A stretch of DNA of 63,891 bases, filler included, from Octopus bimaculoides (Eukaryota): assembly GCF_001194135.2 (NCBI RefSeq). It is 5 parts of 5 records of this genome, joined end to end, with 100 filler letters (N's around TTAATTAATTAA, not from the genome) between each part and the next. Parts side by side here need not be neighbours in the genome. Positions count along the whole stretch, not along the records: positions 1 to 27,638 come from NC_068982.1; 4 more parts are not named here. One strand, given 5' to 3'. The stretch's first letter is position 1. Each line of letters begins with the position of its first letter. A model generated the notes under the pieces. The model was not told where the DNA came from. It saw nothing but the letters and a program-made list of their open reading frames with translations, and made no database searches. A program made the position numbers and the translations under genes. This document shows positions 12,261-24,708 of this stretch, in pieces.

Positions 12261-12960
12261 GGATCCGTATTGCAATTCTTTCGTACGATATTCTAATTCC
12301 ATATCACTCTCTTCTTTCATAGAAATCAAGGGCTTGTTCTCAAGATCAGAACTTGGCGTTAGAGTCGATGATCAAACACTTTCGCTGGAAGAGAGTAAAT
12401 AGTGCACGTTTCTTATCAACAGTTTTTCTAAGTGCGTTTCAATAATATTTCAAATTTACTGATATAATTCTTCAGTCTCAGTAGTAATTGAAGTACTTCA
12501 AGATATCTTTCTACAACATTAATTTCCAAAGAGTCAGGTGGTTTTTAAAAGTATTGTCTCTGCGGAGAGCTAAGAGAGTATTCAGTTGCTGATAAAATCC
12601 TAACACAGGATTAAATCTATTTCAAACTTAAACAATATACGACAGTTGCCTACTTTTACGGTTTAGAATATTAGATTTAAGCAAATATTTTATTTTCTCC
12701 GAGAAGCCACTGTGATGGAGTGCTGCATTATATTATAGAGTGGCACTGATAAAAATGAGTTCATAAGAAGATAATGATCATACATATTAATGTTAAGGAT
12801 TAGATTAATTACGTAAATACTTGGTGGGTAGTTGGATGTCTTAGTTATATGCAATACACTTTTAATACTCACTGTGGGGGCTTAGTATATTCGTATCTAG
12901 ATTCAAAGTATTCTCTAACACATTAAATTATAATAAGATACGTAACCATCGCAGAATGTA
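12261..12960 (-). pseudogene. Degenerate LRR-protein coding segment C2
   Basis: YPPSIYVINLILN and YLLMNSFLSVP (ORF 12690-12872), FSEKIKYLLKSNIL, RDNTFKNHLTLWKLML, THLEKLLIRN. Some LRR-like strings also appear on the plus strand here, so the strand is less certain. Confidence 0.45.
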
Positions 12961-13143
12961 AGACTCTTTGCTTGAATAACTTTATGAAACCTTTCCTAAA
13001 TCTATCTTCTTCCTGTCCACTTTATTGCGTGAGGATAAAAGCCATTATCACTGTAAGATCTTCCTATTACTGCGTCAAAACTTTAGATATAGAAGAATTG
13101 GGTGTTATACATTTCCCTTTAGAGATATCAAATATGACACCTC

Positions 13144-13144
<1 letters not shown>

Positions 13145-13220
<76 letters not shown>

Positions 13221-13225
13221 CATTA

Positions 13226-13289
<64 letters not shown>

Positions 13290-13308
13290 CAGCATCATCA
13301 TCATCATT
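13145..13308. repeat. (TAT)n/(CAT)n microsatellite
   Basis: Direct inspection. Confidence 0.95.
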
Positions 13309-13537
13309 AGTTGTTTTGTTATTTTGTCATGTGGGTTAATCAGAGTAAGCAAGAGAGATTCCCTCTCAATGATATTAATATTGGATTCATAAGGTGATAC
13401 CATATTTGTAAAGGTCAAGGTTTTGAATACAAGCTCTGTGATAAAAGGATAAATATCTTTGATGTCTAAGGAAATTCTAGCATAGCTTGTACACACATAT
13501 GCACACATGCATGCATATGCATGTATATGTACATATG

Positions 13538-14340
13538 AACAGATTGCGATGGATAAATTGTCGCCATTTTATATCTTTAATTTCGCGCATGCGCATTATT
13601 TGCTTTTGATTTTGTCGATTATACAGTATAGTAGGGTCAGTTGGGCACCGTCTATGAGAAAAAAGAGCGCCATGACGCAATTCATTCATCCAGAAACGAC
13701 ATGCTGTACTGTTTGACATTCGCACCGGACGCTCTAATACGAACATCTCAGAATGCTTGCGTGTCAATCTGAGGCCAGTGTAATCTGAGGACATGCACCG
13801 AGAGTGATAAAAATCAAACATCCAGATAATATCATGGTGTTCGGAGTGATCACTCGTGATGGCGACGTTATGCCTCCGTTCATCTTCCCACATGGCCTCA
13901 GACTCAACACAGAGGCCTACATCAAGTACCTCAAGTAGGTAGTTCTGTCTTGGATCAAGAGGATGACTTCTGGAAGACCCTATGGCTGTCAGACAATTTC
14001 TGCGACCACATCATCCTTAATATCTGGCTACGTAACTCCCCAGACTGCAACCCCTTTCATTATTATATTAGGGGTGCAGTTGACTGAGAGACCAACAAAA
14101 CTCTTTGTAACACAAAAGATAAAGTGAAGGCAAGGATTATGGCAACGTTCACGAACTTAAACAAGGAGACCGTCCAGAAGAGTTGCAGGACATTCCGAAG
14201 TCGTCTGGAGGCCGTGTTTGAAACCAAAGACGATATTTTAATGTAATTTTGTTAAATATATCTGTTAAAAGGAGATGTCAGTGAGTGTTATTTTCATTTT
14301 TGCGTAACTTAGACGACAGTTTATTCCCCGCACCCTGTAT
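13538..14340 (+). mobile_element. Internally deleted DD37D (maT-like) Tc1/mariner element
   Basis: KHPDNIMVFGVITRDGDVMPPFIFPHGLRLNTEAYIKYL...NSPDCNP...RSRLEAVFE. TIR-like ends acagattgcgatggataaattgtcgcc / gacgacagtttattccccgcaccctgta. Paralogous to 42311-43524. Confidence 0.8.
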
Positions 14341-14361
14341 ATATTTATTTATATATTTATT

Positions 14362-14400
<39 letters not shown>

Positions 14401-15019
14401 NNNNNNNNNNNNNNNNNNNNNNNNNNNNNNNNNNNNNNNNNNNNNNNNNNNNNNNNNNNNNNNNNNNNNNNNNNNNNNNNNNNNNNNNNNNNNNNNNNNN
14501 NNNNNNNNNNNNNNNNNNNNNNNNNNNNNNNNNNNNNNNNNNNNNNNNNNNNNNNNNNNNNNNNNNNNNNNNNNNNNNNNNNNNNNNNNNNNNNNNNNNN
14601 NNNNNNNNNNNNNNNNNNNNNNNNNNNNNNNNNNNNNNNNNNNNNNNNNNNNNNNNNNNNNNNNNNNNNNNNNNNNNNNNNNNNNNNNNNNNNNNNNNNN
14701 NNNNNNNNNNNNNNNNNNNNNNNNNNNNNNNNNNNNNNNNNNNNNNNNNNNNNNNNNNNNNNNNNNNNNNNNNNNNNNNNNNNNNNNNNNNNNNNNNNNN
14801 NNNNNNNNNNNNNNNNNNNNNNNNNNNNNNNNNNNAATATAATATAATATAATATTATATTATATATATATATACATACATACATACGTACATACGTACA
14901 TACGTACATACATACATATATACATACATACATACATAAATACATAAATACATACATACATACATACATACATACATACATACATACATACATACATACA
15001 TACATGTATGCATATATAT

Positions 15020-15300
15020 TTGTATATATGTCTGGTTATGCAACGTTTTAATTTGTTCGATTTCACATCAAAGATCTTTTTTATTCTTTTATCTTCAGCT
15101 TCTGAAAGCTTAAGCCTTCGCATAACCTGTCATATCAATCAATGAATTCGGCCTTAAATTAATTGCGTATGAAAGGAAATCTTTCTTGTTTCCTGATAAA
15201 TCTACCCTACGATTGGGGAAATTATGATATGAGGGTGACTTATTTGTTATAGGAGCATATGATGGCGTATGTGTGAGTTTGTTATGAAGCACACATCCTG
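15020..15300 (-). pseudogene. Degenerate LRR fragment
   Basis: FPNRRVDLSGNKK (15182-15220), MRRLKLS, KIFDVKSNKLKR (15043-15078). Confidence 0.5.
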
Positions 15301-16048
15301 CATAAACATAAATTTATCTACGCCTGAGGTGTATGTGCGATCCTGAAATTGAAAGAAATGTTTGAAAGCATTAAAAACAGGATGACAATGAATAGAGAAG
15401 TCTATCATGTCAAGATAATTTACTTATTCCTCAGAAATCTTCTCAGCTTTTATCTAGTTATTATCAAATGCGTTCGATGAAATACTTAACCGCTTCTCTC
15501 CACATCGCGCAAAAGGAGATATGATTAAATATGAATTTTCCAGTATTAATATTATACTTAATTATATATGTCAGGTTATTAAGAAGTGTAGAATATCAGT
15601 AGAAGTCTAAAGATTGATAAAGCCACATCTCATATCTTTCCTAATATGTAACATTGAAACGATTAATTTCAATACTAGTTGAGTTATCTCGATCCTTCTA
15701 CTATCACACCGCTCGCCCTCCTAACTATGAATATTGATTTCTAGTAAGTTAGGTATTTCTAAATGCCGATTCTTCGTCAATGACGGCAATATAAAAGGGA
15801 ACAAAAGTGTGAGAAATATTGGTTTGAAATTTTGGTACAAGGCCAAGAATTTTGGGGAAGGTACTAGTCGATTACATCGGCCCTAGTGTTCAACTGGTAC
15901 TTAATTTATCGACCACCGAAAGGATGAAAAGCAAAAGAGACCGATAGAATAAATACTAGGCTTACAAATAATAATTTCTGGGGTTGATTTGCTCGACTAA
16001 AGGCGGTGCTCTAGCATGGCTGCAGTCAAATGACTGAAAAGAATAAAA

Positions 16049-16090
<42 letters not shown>

Positions 16091-17093
16091 GTACACACAA
16101 GCACACAGACACACACACAAACGCAATTACAGACACACATACATATATAACATATGATAGTTGCATGTATACAGCCAATATGATGTGACACAAGTATGTA
16201 TGCAGAAGTACAAAAATGAGTGTTTCTATGCATATACATATATATGCATACATGTGCATGTGTGTGAAATGTGTGTAATTTATATATGCATACATGTAAG
16301 TATGTGTATGTGTAAGGATAAATGTGTGTATATAAACGGCACCTGCGTGATATCTTGCTAAATTACCGAAACCATGACAACTGTCTACACAGCATAGTAT
16401 ATTTATCATTCTCAATAAGAATTTACAAATCTGCTTGTCACTACTTTATGATTTGTACATGGATGGAACTTACCGAGTTAATTCTTTTGAGAAGAAATGA
16501 TATATATTTTACGAATTTTCTAAATATGAAGAAACAATTTTTTCCTCCTTCAGAAAGTCACTTAATACATTTTTATACCCATCAACACAAATAAAGAAAT
16601 ACTAAGAATATTTGATTCTGTGACATTTTTCTGTTCTAATTAAGGATAATCGATGACAACTATTCGAAGTGGTTTTGCCTTGAATTTTGTATTTACACGT
16701 AGTTTTTTTTTTTTCTGTACGTTTTGTCATTAAGTGTTTTAGTGTTACATCACTTCGAGATTAATTCTTAAAATAACGATTTCCGTTTTAAGAAATTTTT
16801 GACATTCTAGTCAATAGCCAGTGTTTTTCTTTGGGAATTTCTTTTCAAGAGACATGAAATATTACTTACTGTTATTTGTATTGTATTCCGTGTCGCCGTT
16901 CGAGATAATTGACTGATAACGTTTGCCTTTGTGTCAGCGCAATATATAAAATGATGCAGACAGTTGTTCGCCTTCCACCGACATCCATCCCTTAATGAAT
17001 TTTACATCTATATTACAATCGCCAGGAAGGATAACTGAAAACGTTTGTCCACATACATATATACACACATACAATCATTGATACATACATACA

Positions 17094-17129
<36 letters not shown>

Positions 17130-17185
17130 AACATACATACATATATGCATATATGGACGCAGGCATGCATACAAACAGATATCAG

Positions 17186-18230
17186 ACAACGGTTATCGGT
17201 CAAACATTCCCGTGAAAACTTCGGTCAAGTGTAAACATATGAGGTGGTATCAAAACGTTCCCGGACTAGTTCTGTAGCGTGCTAACAGATAGCAGCACAT
17301 GACTGCATGCACAATGAGAGCTAGCAGTGACCTTCATAAAGCATCGTGTGACATCACTGTGTTTATTTCGCAAGTTGTGAAATTTGTGTTTTTTGTGATC
17401 ACGCGTATGCTTTACTCTGCGATTTTTGTCATTGACAGGAATTCGGAACAATGAATCAACATGAAATTTTGCGTGATACTTGGGAAGTCTAATTTGAAAC
17501 ATTGAACATGCTTAGGCAAGATTATGGCAACAAAGCAATGGGTCGTGCGCAATGCTTCCCGTGGGTCGTGAGTTTCTCACCAAAAACAGCATGGTATCGC
17601 TTCCACACCCAACCTATTTGCCAGATTTAGCACCTGCGGATTTCCATCTCTTCCCGAATATAAAAATGAAGCTCAATGATCGCCGTTTTAACACTGGTGT
17701 CGAAATCAAGAGGAATCACAGAAGGTCCTCGACTCGCTTACGGCAAACGACTTCCATGCCGGGTTCCAAAAGTGACTATTTTGAAGGCGATGATTTTAAA
17801 ACTTAGGTAAATCAGTTATTTTTCATTAAACATATCTAGTCCGGGAACTTTTTGATATCTCGTAATAGGCCAGATATCGTTGTTTGGAACAGACAAGGAA
17901 AGTATGTACCGTTATAGAGGTCAACTGCCCTGCTGATGCGAATAACTCTTCAAAAATAGGTGAGAAATAGGATAAATATGGACAAATATTTTCAAACCAG
18001 TACCTGCTATATCCAGATTATAAATTCACATTTATACCAGTTATAATTGGTGCACATTCTTTTCTGAGGAAATACCTCAGTGACACTCGGATAAACTAAT
18101 GTTTTCAGAAAAAGAAATAAGCCAGCTTATTCGCACATCACAATCTATTAAAGAAACAGTAAAAATATGCAGGACTCTCCTGAAGTTTCAAAAATGAATT
18201 TGTTTTTTTATTACCTGCATTCTAACGACG
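17186..18230 (+). mobile_element. RLE-type LINE C-terminal fragment, copy B (split by mariner at 17240-17862)
   Basis: After removing the mariner and one TA: NIPVKTSVKCKHNRPDIVVWNRQGK..CTVIEVNCPADAN...DKYG...LYPDYKFTFIPVIIGA. Confidence 0.8.
17240..17862 (+). mobile_element. Internally deleted mariner element with TIRs and TA TSD
   Basis: TIRs tgaggtggtatcaaaacgttcccggactag / ctagtccgggaactttttgatatctcg; TA at 17238-39 and 17863-64; EQ*INMKFCV and HPTYLPDLAPADFHLFP motifs. Confidence 0.9.
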
Positions 18231-18239
18231 AAGCTTGTA

Positions 18240-21200
18240 TCTTTGTATAAAATGCTTAGGTTAGGGATAAGAAAATGTGGACAAATCTAGGTTTTCCTCG
18301 CTAAAACAAATAGAAAGTAAAATATAAAAGTTGCGTATTGACATTTTAACCTTAAACATTGCCGTCTCAAGCCGAAATTATACTTCAAGTTGCTACGATG
18401 GAATGCTGATTGATCTATTTATTTTAAAAGACGATGTTCTGTTTTAGGTAGTAAGAGAAAATTCGTTTGTTGGTTTTCTTGATATATTTAATATTCCTTC
18501 AGGCCTATTACCATAAGCCTGACAAAGCCATGAGCTTCAATTGCCGGTTTTCTATTCATCGGTTTTATGACCTCCCTAGGAATATGATAAAAAAAAATAT
18601 ATATATATATAACCTTGAAGCAACGAAGAAATTTTTAAGAACCATTTTCTTTATTTCAATAATGACATTACGCTTGTTTACGGTTGAAACTGTACATTGA
18701 ACAATCTTCAACAATGAGATTACAAGACTATTAAATCAGATATAAGATATGTTCCGAAATAGTTGTTTATCTATTTTTCTTATGTTTTCTCTAACCTAAA
18801 GCATAAAAACTACTAGAAGAATTCGGCATTGAAAGCTATATACAATTATGCAACAAAACGCGACGTATCAAGTATAATAGATCTGATAACTTGCACTTAA
18901 CGGACGATTAAGTGTAAATTGTTGTCACTTTACTTTATTCAACATGAAAGTTTATTTGTTTCAGAAAACTATAACGACACTATATTACGCCTTATATGCA
19001 GCCAGTAATACTATGTAATATAGTAAACTATTGTTATTAGTGTTCATATAGCATGTATAGTCTACGATATCACATATGTTCGCGACGACATAACCCCATA
19101 CTTACGTCAAAGGAAATTGTTAGTTGGTGTTTTTCACCCAGGTGATGTATTTATCGAGTTATTTCAGAACTGGACCACGAAACAAATGGTAGTCTACACG
19201 ATACAATAACTCGTATTGTTTTATAAATACAAATTCATTTCCCAATATCTCTCAATTGGATGCTTTATATTTTTGATAATTTCTATATATAATTCATGGG
19301 ACACGATATTGCATACACACTTTCCTATATTGTACATGGGCAACATTCAAGTTATGTGGGATAAATTAATACAATGTTCACAGTTATATCAAGACATAGT
19401 TTCATTATGGGTCACAAATTTCACATCTGTCCGGCACCATACAAAGATTTGTGGCATATACATAGAAGACACATATGTCGAGAGATTATTCAAGTCGTCT
19501 GAGATATAATCAAGTTCTCTTAATATCCAAAAGCAAACTTTATCAAAAATTGATTAATGCAGCTTAGATTACTTTCTCAAGACCCACAGACGCCCTTAGA
19601 TAAACTCTACATAACAAAATTGCAGATGAAATCTGAGTGCATAATGCATTTATTGAAAAGTAGCCCATTTAATTCTAACTCAGAGATATGCATCCTGGTA
19701 TTAAACACGGAAATCCCTTCCAATAATTAAGGTTCTAGAACCCTTTAAATCCAAAATTCTTGACCTTATAGAGAATATTAAATTTCATAAATAAATTAAG
19801 ATATCCAACGAAGAACAATTTTTTTTCAGACAAAACCAAAAGCATATATGAAATAAATATGGCTCAATATAAAGAGTGAGACATCAATATACCACTCAAA
19901 ACTACTCTAAAATCTCTATCTTCAATATTAATATAGATAATGAAACAAAACATACATAAAAATATAAAATTGTATAATAGAATGGCGATTTTAGTTAAAC
20001 ACCATGCCATTAGCGTGATATATTTTTATCCACTAACTAAACTATTCGTCTGTGTAAAAGTGAAGCAATTGTCGAGCAGACACCAGAAATTAGTGATGAG
20101 TGCGTAAAAGTTGTAATTGGAAAACCTATCATGAGATTTTAAGTAGTTAAAGCCTTTAACTGCGCAAAGAAGTAAACACTTCTCCCAACAGAATAATTGC
20201 TTAAATTCATTCGCTCTCTTTCCTGTTAGTTGGTATATTATCATGGGTTGATAAGCTAGAGAAACAAGTCTTCCCAAAGATTTAGTATCTGATGTTATAT
20301 GTCTATGTAAAATGATGTATATCATGGATAATAGAGTGCGGTCTTGAGAGAGGGCCTTCTGTTTCGCATGGCACTATATATTTACTTCTACACTGATTCA
20401 ACTGGTTAACATTATTATGGTTAAATTGTTTGATATTCGAGAATGTATAAATAGCAGCGGATTGGATTCTAATTCAAATTTGTTTTTTTTTTAATCTGAG
20501 AGCATCAATGCTCTGACATCAAGACATATGCATTGATATGCATGTATCTTTAAAAAGAGAGATAATTTTGTTTCAATCTTTGCGTTTTAGGTTAGCATAC
20601 TCTCAGTAAAGACTGGTCGCATATGGTTAGGATGTGGAATCTGGTAAAAGAAATGAGATTCAGATGACCGTGTACAACATCTTTTATGTACACAGTGTGT
20701 ATATATGTGAGGTATGTTGCGACTGTGTTGTTCGTTGCTGAGCAAACAACAAACCCATCAACGATGTATAAATATCATCATGGCTTCTATAACTTACAGT
20801 TTTCTACGTAGTGCCTATGTTAAGCATTTGACTGTACATAGATATATATGTATACTGTCATATGTAGAATCAATAATAAAACAGCAGCTACATAGGCACA
20901 TGTTCCTATTTCATTCTGACATAAAACAAACTCGTACAAAAGTCACAGAATACTTCTAATATTTTATTTATGTTTGAAATATGTCTTGTTTATGTTTCGT
21001 TTTTCCTTTTTGTACTGTTGTGTATGTGCGTGCACGTGTATGAATATATGTGTGTTAGTGGTCTATATGCGTGCCAGTATGTAAGAACGATTATACATAT
21101 TTGTTGTTTGTTTGTGTGCGTAACAGTGTAAAGAAATTACCCTAGGGAATTCAAAAGCCTCGTAAAGATTTCAAATCTGCTATTCGACTATACTGATTGT

Positions 21201-21640
21201 CTCGAAATTGTGAACAGTGTTTTTGGTACACATCTTTCCAGGAGATGCTAAATAAGAAGTATTGGTGTAAAGGAGTTATAATGACGTGCTGAGCAAACCT
21301 GAATGATAATGGCATTAGAGTGTAAGAATGTAGGAAAGGCAAGAGAGAGAATTGATAAAGTTGGCAAACACACTTAGTGTATCATAATTACTTTATGTCA
21401 TGCACATCTAGTAGCAATCCGGGTAGGCTGCATCAGTGTGTTAAAGGAATATCCAAGTAGATCCGCAAGAAAAAAAAGTAAAATAAAAAGGGAGAACAAC
21501 GAGCAGGAGTTCAAAGTCAAGTGGGAAAGAAACAGTGAAGAATTTCAATATTTTAGATAAATGTGCAGCGTCAAGAACAGAAAGTAGGAAAGTAGGAAAA
21601 CAAAAAATTATTAAGTGAAAAAAGCATATTGATTTCAATG
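18240..21640 (-). pseudogene. Degenerate LRR-protein coding segment D (longest; possibly the 5' end)
   Basis: ENIRKIDKQLFRNISYI (18739-18789), RNVIIEIKKMVLKNF (18628-18672), ILRELDY (19506-19526), RILDLKG (19740-19760), NLYL*NN, FELESNPLLFIHSRISNNL, FRDNQYSRIADLKSL. A hydrophobic signal-peptide-like stretch SICFFHLIIFCFPTFLLSVLDA lies near 21560-21635. Confidence 0.6.
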
Positions 21641-22506
21641 AGACAGCATGGTTAATGACTGGACGGAAATAGGTAGGGTGAAAGTGTAGAGAATGGCGTT
21701 TTGCAACTAAAGAGCAAGAGCTTAAGCAAGATAAGCGAAATCAGGAGAGTAAGGTGTAATGACGTGTATGAGCCTCTTAAGTGTGTGTGAGTGTGTGCGT
21801 GTGTGAGTGTGTGCGTGTGTGAGTGTGTGCGTGTGTGAGTGTGTGCGTGCTTGTGTGTTTGTGTATGTGTGTATGAGAGAGTGTGGTAGGGAGNNNNNNN
21901 NNNNNNNNNNNNNNNNNNNNNNNNNNNNNNNNNNNNNNNNNNNNNNNNNNNNNNNNNNNNNNNNNNNNNNNNNNNNNNNNNNNNNNNNNNNNNNNNNNNN
22001 NNNNNNNNNNNNNNNNNNNNNNNNNNNNNNNNNNNNNNNNNNNNNNNNNNNNNNNNNNNNNNNNNNNNNNNNNNNNNNNNNNNNNNNNNNNNNNNNNNNN
22101 NNNNNNNNNNNNNNNNNNNNNNNNNNNNNNNNNTGTGTGTGAGTGTGTGCGTGTGTGAGTGTGTGCGTGTGTGAGTGTGTGCGTGTGTGAGTGTGTGCGT
22201 GCTTGTGTGTTTGTGTATGTGTGTATGAGAGAGTGTGGTAGGGAGAGAGTGTGTGAGAGTGTGTGAGAGTGTGTGAGAGTGTGTGAGTATGTGTATGTAA
22301 GAGTGTGTGTATGTGTGTGTATGTGTGTGTGTATACAGAGAAAGAGAGAGACAGAAGTATGTGTGTGCTCGTTCGTAAATACTGAGAAATAGATGCATAC
22401 GTGGTACATTGATACTGCATGGTTCATGTGAATAAAGCATAACAGTCATAATGTGTGGAGGAAATGGGTATTGTGTGCGTGATGTGTGCGTGTGTGTTTG
22501 TATGTG

Positions 22507-22551
<45 letters not shown>

Positions 22552-22995
22552 AGGGAGAGAGAGTCTTTACGCGTGTATGTGTTAAATGTTCCAGAGCGAA
22601 CACAATCAAAAACCTCACAAAACGAAACGCAAAATGCATCACACCCAACCATAAATTTACACTGTTATCAACAAAAATACCTAAACCAGAAACCTCCTTA
22701 TCAATAAGGTATCATAGGCATCTAAACTCCAAAACAAGCTACGAATATCTAGTGAAATCCATGAAACTGGAAGCTGCAGACTTCAAGATAAAATAGACCT
22801 ACTAGTACAACACTCTCGTTGGCTCACCATGTATTTACAATATGGAGTTATTGCAAAGCATTATGATACACAGCAGAAAACATAGTTAGGTACAAAAACA
22901 CTAAAGGAGAATACTTACATACTCTATAAAATTCCTTATACGCACGTGTGTATTATATATAACATATTCTTTTACTTGTTTCAGTCATTTGCCTA

Positions 22996-24105
22996 TTCTC
23001 TCTACCAAAAACCACCAACGAAGAAGCACTATTAATCTCCTTCGATGTCATCAACCTCTACACTAACATTCTACATCGCCACATGAATAGAGGCAATAAG
23101 ATTCTGGTTAGAAAAATACCCCGAAGTTCTCCCGGACCGCATAAACCAGATTTTTGTCATTGAATCCCTGCAGTTTATACTACAAAACAATAACTTCCTA
23201 TTCGATGCAACATACTACCGCCATGCGATAGAAACAAAAGCAGCACCTGACCTTGCGAACCTAATAATAGGTTTCTTTGAATCTACCTATATGAACTTTC
23301 GCTCCAAAACTTTGGATCCATTCCACCAGTATACAAGAGAAAACTGGAAAAGGTACATAGACGATTGTTTTATCATCTGGAATGTTACCTATGATAAACT
23401 TCTGGATTTCAAATCCACACTGAACAATATAAACTCCAATATTTAATTTACAATGACATATAGCAGGGAACAGCTCCCATTTTTGGACATTTTGATTATT
23501 AAAAAGTCCAACAACCAAATTGCAACTGATATTTAATACAAACCAACAGACTCAAAACAGTATCTCCTTTTCCGTCCATGCCATCCTAAACACACCAAAA
23601 TAAATATCCCATTCAATCTAGCAAAAAGGATCTGTACAATTGTATCTGATACAACCACTCGGGAACTTCGCCTACAAGACCTCAAAATAACACTCATTGA
23701 ATGTCAATACCCACCCGCACTTATAGACCATGCAATTAAACGTGCCAAGAAATTGGACACAAACACACTAAGGACAACAAAACAAAACAAAACACCACAC
23801 CTCACTTTAAATCATCCCCATACATATCGACCAACAACCCCAGAAACAATGAAGCATACAACACAATTATACGAAATCTCACTCTGCTCACTCAAGACAT
23901 GAAAATGAACAACATCCTAAATTCACATAAACTCCTCAAATGCAAAAGACAACACAAATCACTCAAGAGATTCCTAACAAATGCAAAACTATACTCAATA
24001 CATACGATACCGACAGTTAAAAAATGCAGACGACCTAATTGTGCTACTTGCCCATACCTAACTGAAAGCTCGGAATTCACATCGAAATTGATAGCTTTCA
24101 AATTT
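22996..24105 (+). mobile_element. Penelope-like reverse transcriptase pseudo-ORF (RT core, thumb, linker)
   Basis: LISFDVINLYTNI; ILQNNNFLFD; APDLANL; WKRYIDDCFIIW; EQLPFLDILI; YKPTDSKQYL...HPKHTKINIPFNLAKRICTIVSD; CRRPNCATCPY. Confidence 0.92.
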
Positions 24106-24154
24106 TAATAACTTCCTTAACCTTAGAAATAAAGGCAAGACGTTTGGGACAGCC

Positions 24155-24194
<40 letters not shown>

Positions 24195-24199
<5 letters not shown>

Positions 24200-24350
24200 G
24201 ACAGGCTTCTTTCAGTTTCCATCTATCAAATCCACTCACAGGACTTTGGTCGACCCGAGGCTATAGTAGAAGTCACTTGCCCAAATGCCACGCAGTGGGA
24301 CTGAACCTTGAATCACATGGTCAGGAAGCAAGCTTCTTACCACACACCGG
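24195..24350 (-). mobile_element. SINE family A (5' half)
   Basis: acgacaggcttctttcagtttccatctatcaaatccactcaca...cgaggctatagtagaag..cacttgcccaa...gcaagcttcttaccacac. Confidence 0.85.
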
Positions 24351-24708
24351 CGCCAAATGTTTTTAGTAGTTTGAGCTAAACTCGCATTACTTCTGATTTC
24401 TTGAGAGACTCTGGAAGCAGGAATCTGAACGATCAGGTGTGTATGTTCCTCTGTTGTGCAACTTCAAACTGTCAATAAAAGTAAATATAAACTCTATGAA
24501 ACGTCGAGTGCACTTTTCTTTCGATTTGTGCAAAGAAACACACCCATATACCTACATACACACACATATTTATGTTTGTATGTATATATTTCTATACACA
24601 CACATATTTATGTTTGTATGTACGTATTCCTATACACACACGTATGCAATGTATACATTCATATGTAGATAAATGCATAGATCCATAAATTAAAATTAAT
24701 CTTGCGAT

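Noticed and set aside
16854-17022. Plus-strand signal peptide plus LRRNT-like reading (MKYYLLLFVL.../VCLC...ILHLYYNR)
   Set aside because: It needs a frameshift and two stops and conflicts with the minus-strand orientation of neighbouring blocks. Left unresolved; it shows how easily AT-rich DNA mimics LRRs.
19060-19510. Plus-strand TIR-like reading (YDITYVRDDITPYL...FHPG)
   Set aside because: The spacing is compressed, and the minus strand gives several in-frame LRR motifs over the same interval.
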